NCBI GenBank assembly: GCA_964276515.1
Contig: OZ193909.1
Span: 7,502,001-7,566,000 of the forward strand
Direction: 5' to 3'
Source of the DNA: Gordius albopunctatus
Taxonomy: Eukaryota
Length of the DNA: 64,000 bases
Under the pieces are notes generated by a model. It ran no database searches, was not told the DNA's origin, and was given only the letters and a program-made list of their open reading frames with translations. The translations under genes and the position numbers were made by a program. Position 1 is the stretch's first letter. Every line of letters starts with the position of its first letter. This document shows positions 10,709 through 23,916 of the stretch, piece after piece.

Positions 10709-13054
10709 ATCGTACTCAAGATGGCTTAATAAAAATCTCAGCGGTCACAGTGGTAATTGTTGTATTTATGCCAATTTAATACACCAATGATTATAATATA
10801 AGCAGGGGCGGGGGGAAGGGAAGGGGGGAAGGAGGTGTAGGAGAGAAGGGGGGGGCGAAACTCATCTATACTCCGTATAAACGTACCATATTCTATGAAA
10901 TTTATGGGCGAGAAAGGTGGGAAGGGGTGAGAATGCTTATGGGGGGGGGGGCAATGGTCAAGCAGGGAGTCAGATAATACTCGTACAACTTTATAGTTGT
11001 TTTTTAAACATACTATTTTCATTTATAATTTTCCTCAATAAATAAAGTATTAATAATTGTTTTATAACAGGTTTTACAAAAATGTAGTTTTTAAAATATT
11101 TTTATGAAATAATTAATAATTTTCCTTAATAAATAAAGTATTAATAAATGTTTTATAGCAGGTTTTACAAAAATTTAGCTTTTTAAATATTTGTATGGAA
11201 AAAAAACTAAGTTATTATTTTATTTTGAGGAATAGGTTTTATTTCATTTATTCTTATTTATCAACTTCTAAATTAATCAAAATGACGAAAGGAACGCAAA
11301 TAGAGGGTATGACCTTGGAAAAGCCAATAGTCATCCTTCCAAAACGTATAACTTTCAATATAGAGTTTTTTTGATACTGTATAAATTTAAACAATTTGGT
11401 GTAGGTGACCCATAATTTGAATCATGACGATAGACTCTATTCAAATCATGCGCATATGTATAGTTTAAACAAGATATTAAAAAAACGAAAAATTTTCCAA
11501 TCAGAATTTAACCATTGGTCACTTTTTCCATTGGTCAGACGGTCAAATCGCCTATAATTATAATATACAAAAAAAATGCGATATACACTTTTGCCAGTGG
11601 TCATTCTTTCTAATGGTAAGCAGAGAGTCAGATAACTAGCCTATAATTTTAATCTAGAGAAAAAAATAGATTTTAATTTCACTTTGGCCAATGGTAATTT
11701 TTTTATTAGTCAGTAGCCAGCAAACTGCCACAAGACCAATTTAAATTAAAAAAATGCCCTCGCCGGGATTCGAACCCACATCAGTAGATTAATAATACAA
11801 GTTGGACGGACAACGAAAAGCGAGCCCATAAATTGCATAGCAATTAAAAATTTGTTAAATAAGCCCTTGAACAGTGTAATAACCTAAGTGGTCTGGTCTT
11901 ATATTAGGGTAGATAGGGTGATATGTAAAATACTATCACTATTTAATAAATAGTGATAGTAACTTAAGAGGCCTGGTGCTATAACAGTAAACACGACGAA
12001 ATATGACGTCCATTTGACGTAAGCATATCGGGCCAAAAAACAAGGCTCTTATTTTGCAAGAGGGTAATGATTTAATTTCATGATTAACGAATTATAAAAA
12101 ATAATCAGGCCACCGGGTGGGCCAGGCCACCAGCTCGAACAAACTATAAGCAACGAACTAAGTTATCCTTTTTAGTCATAATATTTTTTAAAAATAAAAT
12201 TTAATATAATTGTTTTTATTAAGTTAAATGGCTATATATGGTTGAATAAATTTTCAAACTTGAAAATAATATCTAGCAGAACTGAGTTAAAAAAGTTAAG
12301 TGTGGGTCGGGCTCAGCCCTAATTTAAGAAAACTTGGGTTTATATTCTGTTTAGGCTTTAGGCTGATTAAAAACAATTTCGCTGAACTTTTGTGCTATTC
12401 CAAGTTTACTAAGCCACTTGAAGATTGAAAGGGCAAAACTAAATTAGTAGGAGTAAAAGAGTAACTTTAGTTTTACTCCTTCCATCATTCCAACCCTACC
12501 AATCTTAATCAATATTTTAAAATCAATTTAGACTGGGCTATTTCAAATTTCAATAAAAATCTTTAATAAGGACCAATTCAAACGATTAATTCAAAAATGA
12601 CTAATAGTTTTGCGAGTAAACCCTTTAAAAGGAACTTTTTTATTGATAAAATTTGTTATTTTATATTAATCATTGAATGGACAAAAAAATGGACGGAACT
12701 TATGAAACTTGACGTGGTTACTTTTACAAACACAAATTTTTTTTGAAACTAATCCCTTTATTGCAAATATGAGCTCTGGCTTAACCTAGGAACTTTTGTA
12801 AATATATGAAGGAAAAAGACAAACTCATAATTTTTTTATTTAAGATTTGAACTTGAACAACTTCGTATTTAAGTAGTTAAACAGCTCTTATTATATTACT
12901 TTTTAAAGTTAGTTATAGACAATGTTTAAAATGCTATGATGTTTTAACAATTATTGATTGCTGCTTAACAAATTCGTGAGTATGAGACGTAGCGTAGCGT
13001 AGCCACAACAATTCAGAATTAGTCGTTTTTATTTTTGCCAGTTATTTATACAAT

Positions 13055-13228
13055 TGGACGCATACCTAATCAGAGGAGGGCTAAAATGGCATGGAAACAT
13101 AAAATAGATATGGACTTGAGAAGGGACAAGCTAAAGCAAAGCTAGTGTAAGTGCAGGAATACATGGAGAACCTATTTGAAGAAGGTGACCACTAAATGTG
13201 ACAAACAGCTATAGGAAGAAAAAAAATA
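13055..13228 (+). mobile_element. 5'-truncated 3' end of the RTE LINE family
   Basis: Matches the reverse complement of ~29343-29490 (gcaggaatacatggagaaccta...cagctatagga + A-rich tail). Confidence 0.85.
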
Positions 13229-13930
13229 TAACATGATAGCCGTTTATTACATCGCGACGTCATTATTTCAAAATATGGCACTATTATTTTATTGAGATTA
13301 AAATCAAGGTTTTTAACGGTTCGGTACATCAAACTTTCAAGGGGGAGAAAAAAGAATTAGTCCATCCAATTGACATTATACTTGCCAATTATTCGCATTT
13401 TTTCTGCAAATCCAAAGAGTATTTTAAAAATCAAGGAGGTATTTTCCCTCCTAACATCAATTTACAGGCAACCCTTAGCGTCGCTCCGTAAGACAATATA
13501 AAATTAGGCTCCCTATGAGCAAAAACCTAGCTATGCCACTGATTTACATAAAAATTACTCAGTGTTTTGTCCAAAAATTATTTTGATTGAATTTGAGATC
13601 ATTCAACATTTGTTTTTCTTAAACACTCAATATATGAATAGGGATTTTGTTATAACATGTGAAATGGAAATATTTAAATGCCAACTATTATAAATATGAC
13701 CAATTTCCCACATGATTTATATAAAATAAGCTAAAAATGCAGAAAATTTGTGATGCGCTTTTCCAACACTGTATTTTGTTTGCCATGTTAAAATCATTTG
13801 TTTTTATTGATTCACATTAAGTTGTGATTCAAAATTTTGCAGTTATGTAAGAAGTAAAAAGGGTGAATTTGATGATGGTGTTTGAATATGATAACATTTA
13901 CGATAGTCATTGTTGACATTAAAATGTTTT

Positions 13931-15322
13931 TCAATTATAGGAAAAGATAACTGATAATTTCATGCATATTGCTCTTATTTTGTGCCAGCAGAATTCAATA
14001 AGTTCGGACGCCTTCCTTCTAATAATTGAGTCGCAAAGTATGAAGACGTAGGCAGACGTGGTGTAATTAAGAAATTTAAATAAATAGGCGAATGTTTGTA
14101 ATGCAAACGTATTAGAATTAATAAAAGTGTCTCTCCACGCCCCACCATTTTTGCAAATGTATATAGTCAACGGTAACATGCATATAATAAAATGCAAACT
14201 TATAAAAAGTATCGTTGACGTGACCCTCTTTTCATTAAAACTAATAAGATTTTTATCTCTTTCTACATTCTTATTATAACCAATTGTTCTTACACATGGT
14301 CTTATATCATTTTTGACATCTGTGTAGTTTCTTGTAAAATTAGCATTTGGATGAATTATATTGGTAGGGCTATCAGAGTAGATAATAATTGATTTTTCTG
14401 CCGTTAGGTGAATATTTCGTCCACCCTGATCAATATTAGATAATATTTTAGTTGTTATTCTATCATTTTCTCTAAGATTAATGCCTGGACCTTTTATCAA
14501 TGGATTTACGATTGCCATTTTTCGCTTTAGAATTTTTAGATATTTATAGATTACCGATATATTGAGTATGAAGGTTAATATTAAAGGTAAGAGAAACATA
14601 ATTAAATTAACTCCTACTTCATAAAAAGGGGTCCACTTATACGATGATTGTTTCAAACAATATATATATGACAGTTTTGGACGTTTCCCCATTATACTAA
14701 ACGTGTAATTTTCAGGTTTTAATAATTTCTTTTGAGTTTTCACATATATAAAATGAGATGATATGTTTTCAGAAGAATAATTCAAGAAAGTGCAAATATC
14801 ATACACATTTATGGATGAATTCGAGTAGACTTGAAACGCCACTATTTGATAAATGAGCATATATGGTAGTGCGGATATAAATGATATAAACATTATAACA
14901 AGCAAATATATTATTATAGTTTTTCGGTTTGCCATAAATTGTGAATGATAGTATACAGGCCAAGTGATGGCAATAAAACGATCAGCAGCCATGACAACTT
15001 TGATAAGATTACTGATATGACAAAATGTGTCTTGTATAGCCCAAAAATAATTAGCGATGAAAGTGATATAAGCTTTGTGAGTTGTAATTGTTAAAATATT
15101 TTGAGAATGGAAGAACACGGGCCAGACCAGCATTGATAAAGAAATACTAAGGTCGGCTGTGGCAAGAATTTGTAAATATATATACATCTTTGGCTTACTG
15201 ATATTACAAAGGTAAGCACATGCAAAATACAGAACATTTCCTACAATTCCAATACAACTTAAGATCGATCCAAATCCGGTATAAATTATGCGGTCTGACA
15301 GGGCTCTAAATTCTGGAGGCAT
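13931..15322 (-). CDS. Class A peptide GPCR, FMRFamide-receptor-like, divergent; single large coding exon, start uncertain
   Basis: Seven hydrophobic segments; GIVGN (TM1), LATAD (TM2), ADRF..I.WP (TM3), FLLP (TM5), FIICMLP (TM6). The ATG at 15322 follows an acceptor-like ttttctacag, so an upstream exon is possible. Confidence 0.88.
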   Translation of the reverse strand: MPPEFRALSDRIIYTGFGSILSCIGIVGNVLYFACAYLCNISKPKMYIYLQILATADLSISLSMLVWPVFFHSQNILTITTHKAYITFIANYFWAIQDTFCHISNLIKVVMAADRFIAITWPVYYHSQFMANRKTIIIYLLVIMFISFISALPYMLIYQIVAFQVYSNSSINVYDICTFLNYSSENISSHFIYVKTQKKLLKPENYTFSIMGKRPKLSYIYCLKQSSYKWTPFYEVGVNLIMFLLPLILTFILNISVIYKYLKILKRKMAIVNPLIKGPGINLRENDRITTKILSNIDQGGRNIHLTAEKSIIIYSDSPTNIIHPNANFTRNYTDVKNDIRPCVRTIGYNKNVERDKNLISFNEKRVTSTILFISLHFIICMLPLTIYICKNGGAWRDTFINSNTFALQTFAYLFKFLNYTTSAYVFILCDSIIRRKASELIEFCWHKIRAICMKLSVIFSYN

Positions 15323-17035
15323 CTGTAGAAAATTTATATCGCCTAGCAATTATGACTTGAAGTTAATTTTTAAAAAATTAAATAAATAGGATATATATTC
15401 TCTAGCCTTTTAATAACATTTTTAGCTGTGTTGTTAATGGATATCCAGCAGTGATTTTTTAGGTGATTTTGTCAACACCACTGTTCAATCAATTGATTTT
15501 TCTCAATTTTAAAATAAAATGAGCCAGGAGAGTAGACAGGATTGCCTAAAGGAAGGGGATTTCCAAAAGATTTTATAAATAATACTATTAAACAAAAACT
15601 TATCAAGATTATATGCATTAGTAGAGGTGGCAGGAGTCCAATTAAATGGGGGGGGGGGGTAAATTTTGCGTCAAAAGATTTTGATAAAACAAAAATTAAT
15701 ATAAGCATATAAATGCAATATATACGATAAGTTTTTGGTAACAAAATGAATTAATAATATCTTCAGGGACGCAAATCGCAAAGAGCCCCTCCCATTTCTG
15801 TTTATGCTAATTAGGGCTATGATCGTTTTAACTATAAATATGGAGCCTTTTACGTTAATTTGCCCACCATTACCAAAAATTGTCCGGTCCCAGACCGTTA
15901 CTGAAATTATAGGCCCGAACCCGCCCGCATATTTTTTGCAAAGCATGGTCCCAGCCTACACCCTTCCCAGAAAAAAATTCTTATAGACTCTGTCGCTTCT
16001 TAAACATTTTTGTCAATATTAAAACAATCATTTATTTATAAGTTAAAAATGTTCAATAATCACGTTAAAAAAATCAGTCTCAAACAGTCTTTTGTTTCTT
16101 CCAACAAGAAACGCGGTGTTAAATTTTCACTAGTAGCACTTGATGCTGCATAAAACCATTTATGATAGTTGAAACTCCATACAAGGTTAATTTTATATAA
16201 TTACATATACCTATTTTTGTCAATTTTTCATGATCCTCTTATTAAAAAACTCTTGGAATCCACTTATTTAAAAATCACAAGTTTTAGGAATAAATAACCA
16301 AAAAAAATTAATATTTATTAAATTATATTGTGAACTTAAATAATAATAAAACATCATAAAACCCATAAATTCCATAGCAATTAATATACCATTTTTTGTA
16401 TATTAAAATATGAAAGCAAAAAGGTTATTAAATTATTCTGTTGGACGGAGTCGCCCCTCCTTAAAGCTAGGCCCCTCCCGAGCCCGTTTTATTACCATAA
16501 CGCTCGTCCAAGCCCGGCCCGCAATTTTTAACAAAAACCCCATCCATCCCCGCATTTAGCAATGATAGCTGTGTTTGCTTTAATAAAGTTAAAGTTAGCT
16601 CTATCATGGCCATTAAAAAGCAATTAGCACTCACAATTTCTAAAGGAAATAGATTGTAAAGTATTGTTGTAGGTAATTAAATAATTTTTTTTTAAATCTT
16701 TTAAAGTAATTTAAATAGTGGTAAGAATTAAATGTTTTAAAGTAATTTAATATCGTCTGCGGGAGAAGCCTAATTAGTGGTTGGTTTAAGGCACTAATTA
16801 GAAACAGATGAATATGTTAAAGGCATTCCTCATGCAAATTGAAATGTGCATTACATCGACCTGTTAAATATATATATTAAATACTTCAATAAAAATCGCA
16901 AATATAAAATTGGTAGCAAGAGATTCTCAAACATAAAACTTAATTCCCACATATAAAAAGTATGTTTAAAAATAAGCATGCACGAATGAAATATGCAAAA
17001 GGCTTTGCAAAATTTTCATTTACATTTATTTGTAA

Positions 17036-17948
17036 CTAGATGAACCCGGCAAACGTTGTTTTGCCATTTACCCGGAAGTATTAAATTATGTTGGAATTTT
17101 AGGGCATATATGATGATAAAGCGGTTATTGAAGTAAAAATAAATTTTGATGTCTATATGTTCTACGTTCTACTTCTATTGTTAAACAATTAAACATGCAA
17201 TAATATTAAGACTTCATTTTTTGAACTACAAAATAAATTAAAAATCTATTAATTGCTCTGCAATTGATTTTGTTATCAATCTTTCTAGAAAGTAGGCATT
17301 TTGTTAAGAGGGAAGGAAATTGTTTTCTCAATCATTTAAAAAATTTTCATTTCTATAACTCTACTTTGAAATTTATTTGATTATAAAAATGCTGATTATT
17401 TTTTTATTTTGACCATTATGCAAGGTGCCATGTAGATAGTTTTAAATTTAAACAAAATTGATAAATCTGTGATTAAGGTACGATTAGTATCAGGATTTAA
17501 AAAAATTTATCTTTATTAAAGGCCTAGGAAATTCCGATCATTTGTAGATTGTGTCATAAAAATGATCATCTCGTTGGTCTTTAGCATTTAAATTGCGACA
17601 ACCGTGTTGAATAGGGACAATCATATTAATAAAAATAAGATTTGTTGTCACCGTTGAAAAAAGATGACGCTTTAGAAAATACTATAAGTGATACACTTTT
17701 ACTAAGGAACTGTATATTCAAATTTTCAAAGAACACGATGAGGCTACGTTTTATTGACATTTATTAAACGTCAAAACTTATAAAACAAACTCGAAAACTA
17801 CTGGACCGATTTGGCTCAAACAAATCTTAAAACATGCTCCGGAGTGTCAGGAATAAACTGTAAAATTTTGAGCCAAATCGGTCTGGTAGTTTTCCAAAAT
17901 TGGTGGCGGTATACACACACATATATAGTTTCATTTTTATATATAAGA
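17036..17948 (-). mobile_element. Non-autonomous Helitron
   Basis: Minus strand A|TCTTATATATAAAA ... GGCAAAacaacgTTTGCC hairpin then CTAG|T; no TSD; internal inverted repeat ~17795-17893. Confidence 0.88.
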
Positions 17949-19393
17949 TTTATTATCATACCCTTCTCAAATAGTTTAATACCCGCAATTTCTATAAACA
18001 AGGAATACAATTTAAATTTAAATAATTATAAATACTTAGAAAAATAAAATTACAAATTAACTCTACAACTAAAATTTGGCTTGTATTAGCATCTTCCTCA
18101 TTATTTTAGAGGTTGAGATAATTTATTAGAAAAATAATTAAGAATTATATTTCTTATTAGAAAACACGCCTTCGAGACAGAAAATTGTTGTATAAAAAGT
18201 CTTATTAGTAGATTTCATATTAAATCTCAAATTAATAGATAATTTATTTTTCTGTATGGGCAACACTATCAAGACTACTATTAGTATAATTAATTTTTCC
18301 CATTTTGTCAATGGGGAGAGGGGGTCTAACAAAACCCCCCCCCCACTCTTTCCTGCGTAACTGAAATGATTCATTTATAGACATGATAAGATAATCATTA
18401 TATTTGCTACAATAGGCCACCCTAGATTAGTATTTGCCTTTAAACGAAGCGCTACAGATTTATATAAGTCTAATTATGATCCTTTTGATTTTTAAATTAT
18501 TTTACCTATTGATAGCAATTTGAGAAATAAATGTATCAAGTGAATTTTTTTTAAATAATGCCTCAATTCCATAAACCCATTTCAACCTATAATAAATATC
18601 CAATATGTTAAAATCAATTGATAATTTTAGAATGTTAAAAATAAGAGCTAATGGATATGAGTTTAAATTTAACCAGTGCCATTAAGCTTTTTAAAAAGAA
18701 ACTGTCATAATCGCGTTGGTTATCACCTGTATTTATAATAAATCAAAATTCTGATTATTATTTTAAAAATTTTACATCTATGATTTACACCAAGAAATTT
18801 ATAGCTTTATACTATAAAGATACCATTAATAAAGTCATAAGAAATAAGATAATTTTAATTACTGCAAAATAGAAACATCATGGTTATGAGAATTTTCCTA
18901 ATATCGAGATTTTTGGCAGCATGCAGTCCACGTAGTCAATAATCAATTCTATAAAATTTGTAAACTCGGCTTTCCTATCCATTAGAGCCTTTGCACATGT
19001 GCCTATGGAAGTACAAAAAAGGGTTTGTTGTTGTTTTACTGGTAAATGTTTCATAATAATATTTATATTAAAGCATAATATATAGAGTTAAATAATGGTA
19101 TCACAAAGTCGATATAAAAATCAATTGTTGGCATAGACTAATTGTTTGTGGTAGTTTTATAAAATTAAATTTCTTGCGCTCGAAAGATGGATGTGTTAGG
19201 TAATTTTTTTATTTATATATCGTAAATAAGTATAGTTTTATTCTAAAAAAATAGGTTCTATAAACTTTAACAACTAAAATTGAATTTTAAATACACTGAT
19301 TGATATGTTTTATACTATGTTCCCTTTATGTGAAAAACATTTGCTTTTTTATCTGATAGGACCTGTCATAAAATAAAAATCAGTAGTGTCTAC

Positions 19394-19533
19394 CATAGGC
19401 GTAGACAAGGGGGCAGGGAGGGGCCGCTGCCCCCTTTAAATCCAAAATCTTATTAAAATTTATTAAAATTATGGCTAAAATTAGAAAAATGATCATTTTG
19501 CCCCCCTCTAATTCCATGCTGGCTACGCCTATG
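19394..19533. mobile_element. hAT-type MITE (CATGGGCGTAGCCAG family)
   Basis: TIR cataggcgtag...ctacgcctatg; degenerate 8-bp TSD gtgtctac/gcgcctac. Confidence 0.85.
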
Positions 19534-19943
19534 GCGCCTACTAATAACTTTATTTTATGATAAAACTACGCTTATATTTAATTATTTTTTGAAAATAACG
19601 TTCTTTAGTTTTAATATGATTTAAATATGAATGACAATATTCTTATCTTACACCTATATTAAAGCAGTCAATAATCGCAAATTTCAAATCAATAATATAT
19701 CTGGTGTTCCTGGTTTTTCAGTATTGTGATTGTTGATAATGAATGGCAACACGGCTATGACGACAAAACAGTTGAGGCGATTGAATTAGTTTTTACCAGA
19801 GACCATTCCTACTTCCAAAATCTAGAGATTGATAACCTAATTAACAACCGAGAGGTCCTAGATTAAAATGATTAAATAGCTGATTTTTATTCCAATAATT
19901 TTGAATACGTCCCTGCTAAGGTAAAATTAATTTATTTTATAAG

Positions 19944-22900
19944 TGTAATATATAGCGTAATTTGTAATATCAGTTATATATATATATCATGTGGATAAAA
20001 ATATATGATATGTTTTGAATTAGAATAAACATTCCTAATTAGTAAAGTGGCGCGGTCCCCAAACAAAAATGGAAGGAATACCTCAATATAAGGCAGGTGA
20101 TAACATAAATACATATTTGTTCACTCTTGATAAATAACATATTTGAGTCTAAAAATGTCCTAAAAGAAACTAGAACCAAAACTATCTTGGAATTACTGAT
20201 AAACTTTGTTTATCCATAGAATATATCCTCATTTTAATATGTAGATTTGATCAAATTGATTAAGAAGGTATTCCAAACGAAATCCATTATATTTCAAGCA
20301 AGACTAAACTTTATCAGATGCGTAAAACAAGTAGATGAATCGTTAATTGAATATGTTTCTAGATTGAAAGCTTCTGTAGAATGTTGTCATTTTAAATCGT
20401 TGGATGAACGATTGCGTGATCAATTTTTAAATGGATTACATAATCCACAATTAGAGAGAGATGTTAGAGCAAGATGGCCGGATGCTCTTAAGCATACTGG
20501 ACTAGAAGTGACATTTAATTATATTTATAATTTAGCTGAATCAATGCATCTTGCGAATAATTTTAAAAGCTTGTGGAAATCGTACAATACCAATTAATGG
20601 AGAAACTTTACTCAAGGTATGTTGCAATAATAAAATAATGAAATTACCAGCCGTTGTGACAACTTCGGAGTAAGAACCTATTTTTGGTTTAAATTGGATA
20701 GAAGCTTTTAACCTAAAACTTCCTCATCAAGTTAAGATTAATGCTATAGAAAAAAACCTCAAAATATAGAAGAAGAATTGGTTGAAAAGTATACCAATGT
20801 GTTCATTGATGGCATTGGCTGTATTAAAGATTATGAGGTAAATCTTTTTGTAAAAGAAGAAACCAAAGACATGGCATTTCCTGCACAAAGAGTTCCTTTT
20901 CCTTTAAGGAATAAAGTTAAAGAGAAAATTAAAAGATTATTGGACGAAGATATAATTGAACATGTTGATCCTGCAACAACACCAATAACATGGGCAACTC
21001 CAATAGTAAATGTATAAAAATCAAATAATTCCATTAGAATCTGCTGCGATTTTTGAGTTACTATCAATCCCTTCCTAACTTTAAACAACCATCTACTTCC
21101 GACATTTGACGATTTAATTCTGAAGATCGCAGGAGGGCAGAAATATAGTGTAATTGACTTACGTGATGCCTATCTTCAGATAAAGGTCGAAGAAAAGTCG
21201 CGACATTATCTCACTATCGCAACACATTTAGGTTATTATCGATATAAACGTCTTCCATTTGGACTTTCGATAGCACCAAATTTATTCCAACGTTATATGG
21301 AGGAATAATTAGATGGGATTCCCCATACCGGCGTACTTCTAGACGATATCATAGTTACAGGGGTAAATAAAAATGACCACCTGCAAAATCTGAACGAAGT
21401 ACTAAAGAGGGTACAGGACGCTGGTCTAAAAGCAAAGAAATAAAAGGTTAAATTTTTCCAAAATTCAGTTAAATACTTTGGACATGTGATCGATGCAACA
21501 GGGATCCACCCGACTCAAGAGCGAGTGGAAGCCATTGTTAATTTCAAATAACCACAAAACAAAAAAGAACTAAGTTCCTTTTTAGGACTAATTAATTATC
21601 AGGAAAGGTTCATCCCAATGCTACACGAAAAATGCGCGCCCTTGTATGCATTGACGGGGTCATCATAGGTTGGAAATGGACGACTAAAGAGCAGAAGATT
21701 TTTAACGATGTTAAACTGATGCTTTCAACGTCCAATACTTTGGTACCGTATTCAACCTCATTGCCGTCATACCTAGCGGTAGATGTCTCTGAAACTGTTA
21801 AAGGTGCTGTACTATCACACTTTATATGCAGACGGGTCTGAAAGAGCTATTGCGTACGCATGCAGGACGTTAAGCGAGTCCGAAAAACTATACTCTACAA
21901 TTGATCGGGAACCGCGAGCCATTGTGTTCGGTGTTCAAAAATTCAATACGTACGTGGTCGAAAATTTGTATTGATGACGGATCACAAACCTCTAGAAAGA
22001 TTATTCGGAAATCATCGGGATTTACCGAAAGTGATCCATAATAGATTAATTCGATGGGCTTTATTTTTAAATGGATATCAATACGACATAAAATACCGAT
22101 CAGGAAAGACCAATCAATGTGCTGATGCATTGTCGAGACTGCCAGGTCCAAAATACTTTGAGACGGATCAGATCAATCACGTAGGACTACTCATGTTAGA
22201 TGAATTAAAGTTAGATTATGAAATGCTAAAAACATCAATTAAACAAGATCCTTTTTGTCGTGAATTAATTTTAGCGATCAACCGAGAATGGCGGTTGGAT
22301 TTAGAAAAATGCCGTTTTGACATGAAAACGTACTACAATCGAAGGGAGGAACTGTCATTCAAAGATGGATTATTATTGCATAGAAATCGGTTAATAATAC
22401 CGAGGAACTTACAAAAGTTGGTTTTAAAAATATTACACCAAGGACACCCCGGTATTACAGGAATGCTTAATTTAGCCCGATATTATGTTTGGTGGCCGGA
22501 AATGGACAAGAATATTGATTTGTTTGTAAAGGAATGTGACTGTTGTCAAGAAGGCCAACAAGCCGAACAAGAAGTTCCCTTATATTCTTGGTCCGTACCT
22601 TACCGTCCTTGGGATCCAGTCCACATAGATATTGCTGGATCTGTCGAAGGAAATTATTGGTTGGTTTTAATTGATGCATTATCGAAATGGGTGGAGGTAG
22701 CCACACTATCGTCGATTAAAGGATCACAAATTGTGAGGCAGTTACGAAATTGATTTTGCAAGTTCGGTACTCCCTTGCAAATAGTATCAGACAATGGACC
22801 ACAATTTGTCGATGAAGAATTCACAAAATTTTGTGACAACAACAACATTAAGCACGTAACATCAACTCCATACCACCCCAAAACAAATGAATCGGCTGAG

Positions 22901-23601
22901 AGAATGATTCGAACGCTAAAATCAAGATACTGGGCAGCAAGAAAATCAGGGGGAGAGAAAGAATTATGCCTTCAACAAATAATTATGACATACAGGAATA
23001 AACCTCAGACAATCACGGGTAAAGCTCCGGCGCAATTGTTGTTGGGAAGAAGAGTAAGGAGAGGGTTGGACCTTATTCGACCAGATCCAAAAGAAAAGTG
23101 GAAGGAGAGATTAACTAAACAAAAGAGCTACCATTACCGAAAAGCGTGTTATAGGGAATTTAATGTAGGAGATCCAGTATGGGGCGAAATGAAATTAAAG
23201 CGGGCTGGTACAAAGGATTTATCATAGAACGTAAAGGCCCATATTCATATAATGTTCGCACTGATAAAAGAATTAAAAGGAAACACGCGGATCAGTTAAA
23301 ATTTAGGATGAAATCCCAGTTCGTCGAAACTAACGATACTAGTCTGCAACCGAATGTTGAAAAGGTTGCAAGTCCGAATACTAGTCTGGAAACGAATGTT
23401 GAAAAAGTTGCAAGTCCGATTACGTTAAGACGATCGACTAGAACGTCAAAACCACCTGTACGATTCTACGAGGAAGTTCACGTTTAAAATAGGGAGAAAT
23501 GTAATATATAGCGTAATTTGTATTATCAGTTATATATATACCATGTGGATAAAAATATATAATATGTTTTGAATCAGAATAAACATTTCCTAATTAGTAA
23601 A
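19944..23601 (+). mobile_element. Degenerate Mag-like Ty3/Gypsy LTR retrotransposon with short LTRs
   Basis: LTRs 19944-20046 and 23500-23601; 5-bp TSD ATAAG; PBS TGGCGCGGTC at 20048; PPT before 23500. Gag capsid-like segment (ESLIEYVSRLK...LRDQFLNG), RT (LLDD), RH and IN with stops and frameshifts; knuckles and most of the protease missing near 20600. Confidence 0.96.
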
Positions 23602-23916
23602 ATAAGATTAAGCGCAGGATGATAAATTTGAAAAACTTTCTACACATCTTGAATTTTCTTAAATAATTATTTGTTAAGGATAAGGACTCGGGTGTTCCTG
23701 CATAATCTTTCTGCAATAAATCATTAGTTTTTAATAAATTATAAAAGCCTTCATCATATGTATTAGAGACCTGCCGACCCACGGGACAGACCTGGAAGGG
23801 CCGTAGTATAAACAATCGTGCTTGGGCAGGGCTAGATCTACGTAAGACCCATTGAAAGTCCGTTACAAAATCAATTATATTTTTATTTGAGTCTTATAAA
23901 ATTTAAATCAAAGGTG

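Noticed and set aside
7460..11780. tRNA genes at GGTTCGA motifs (~7464, ~9251, ~11770)
   Set aside because: Only B-box-like fragments within repeats; no cloverleaf.
20069..20700. Element 2 as the capsid-supplying helper of element 1
   Set aside because: Element 2 is older and broken, with unrelated LTRs and PBS; proximity alone is not evidence.
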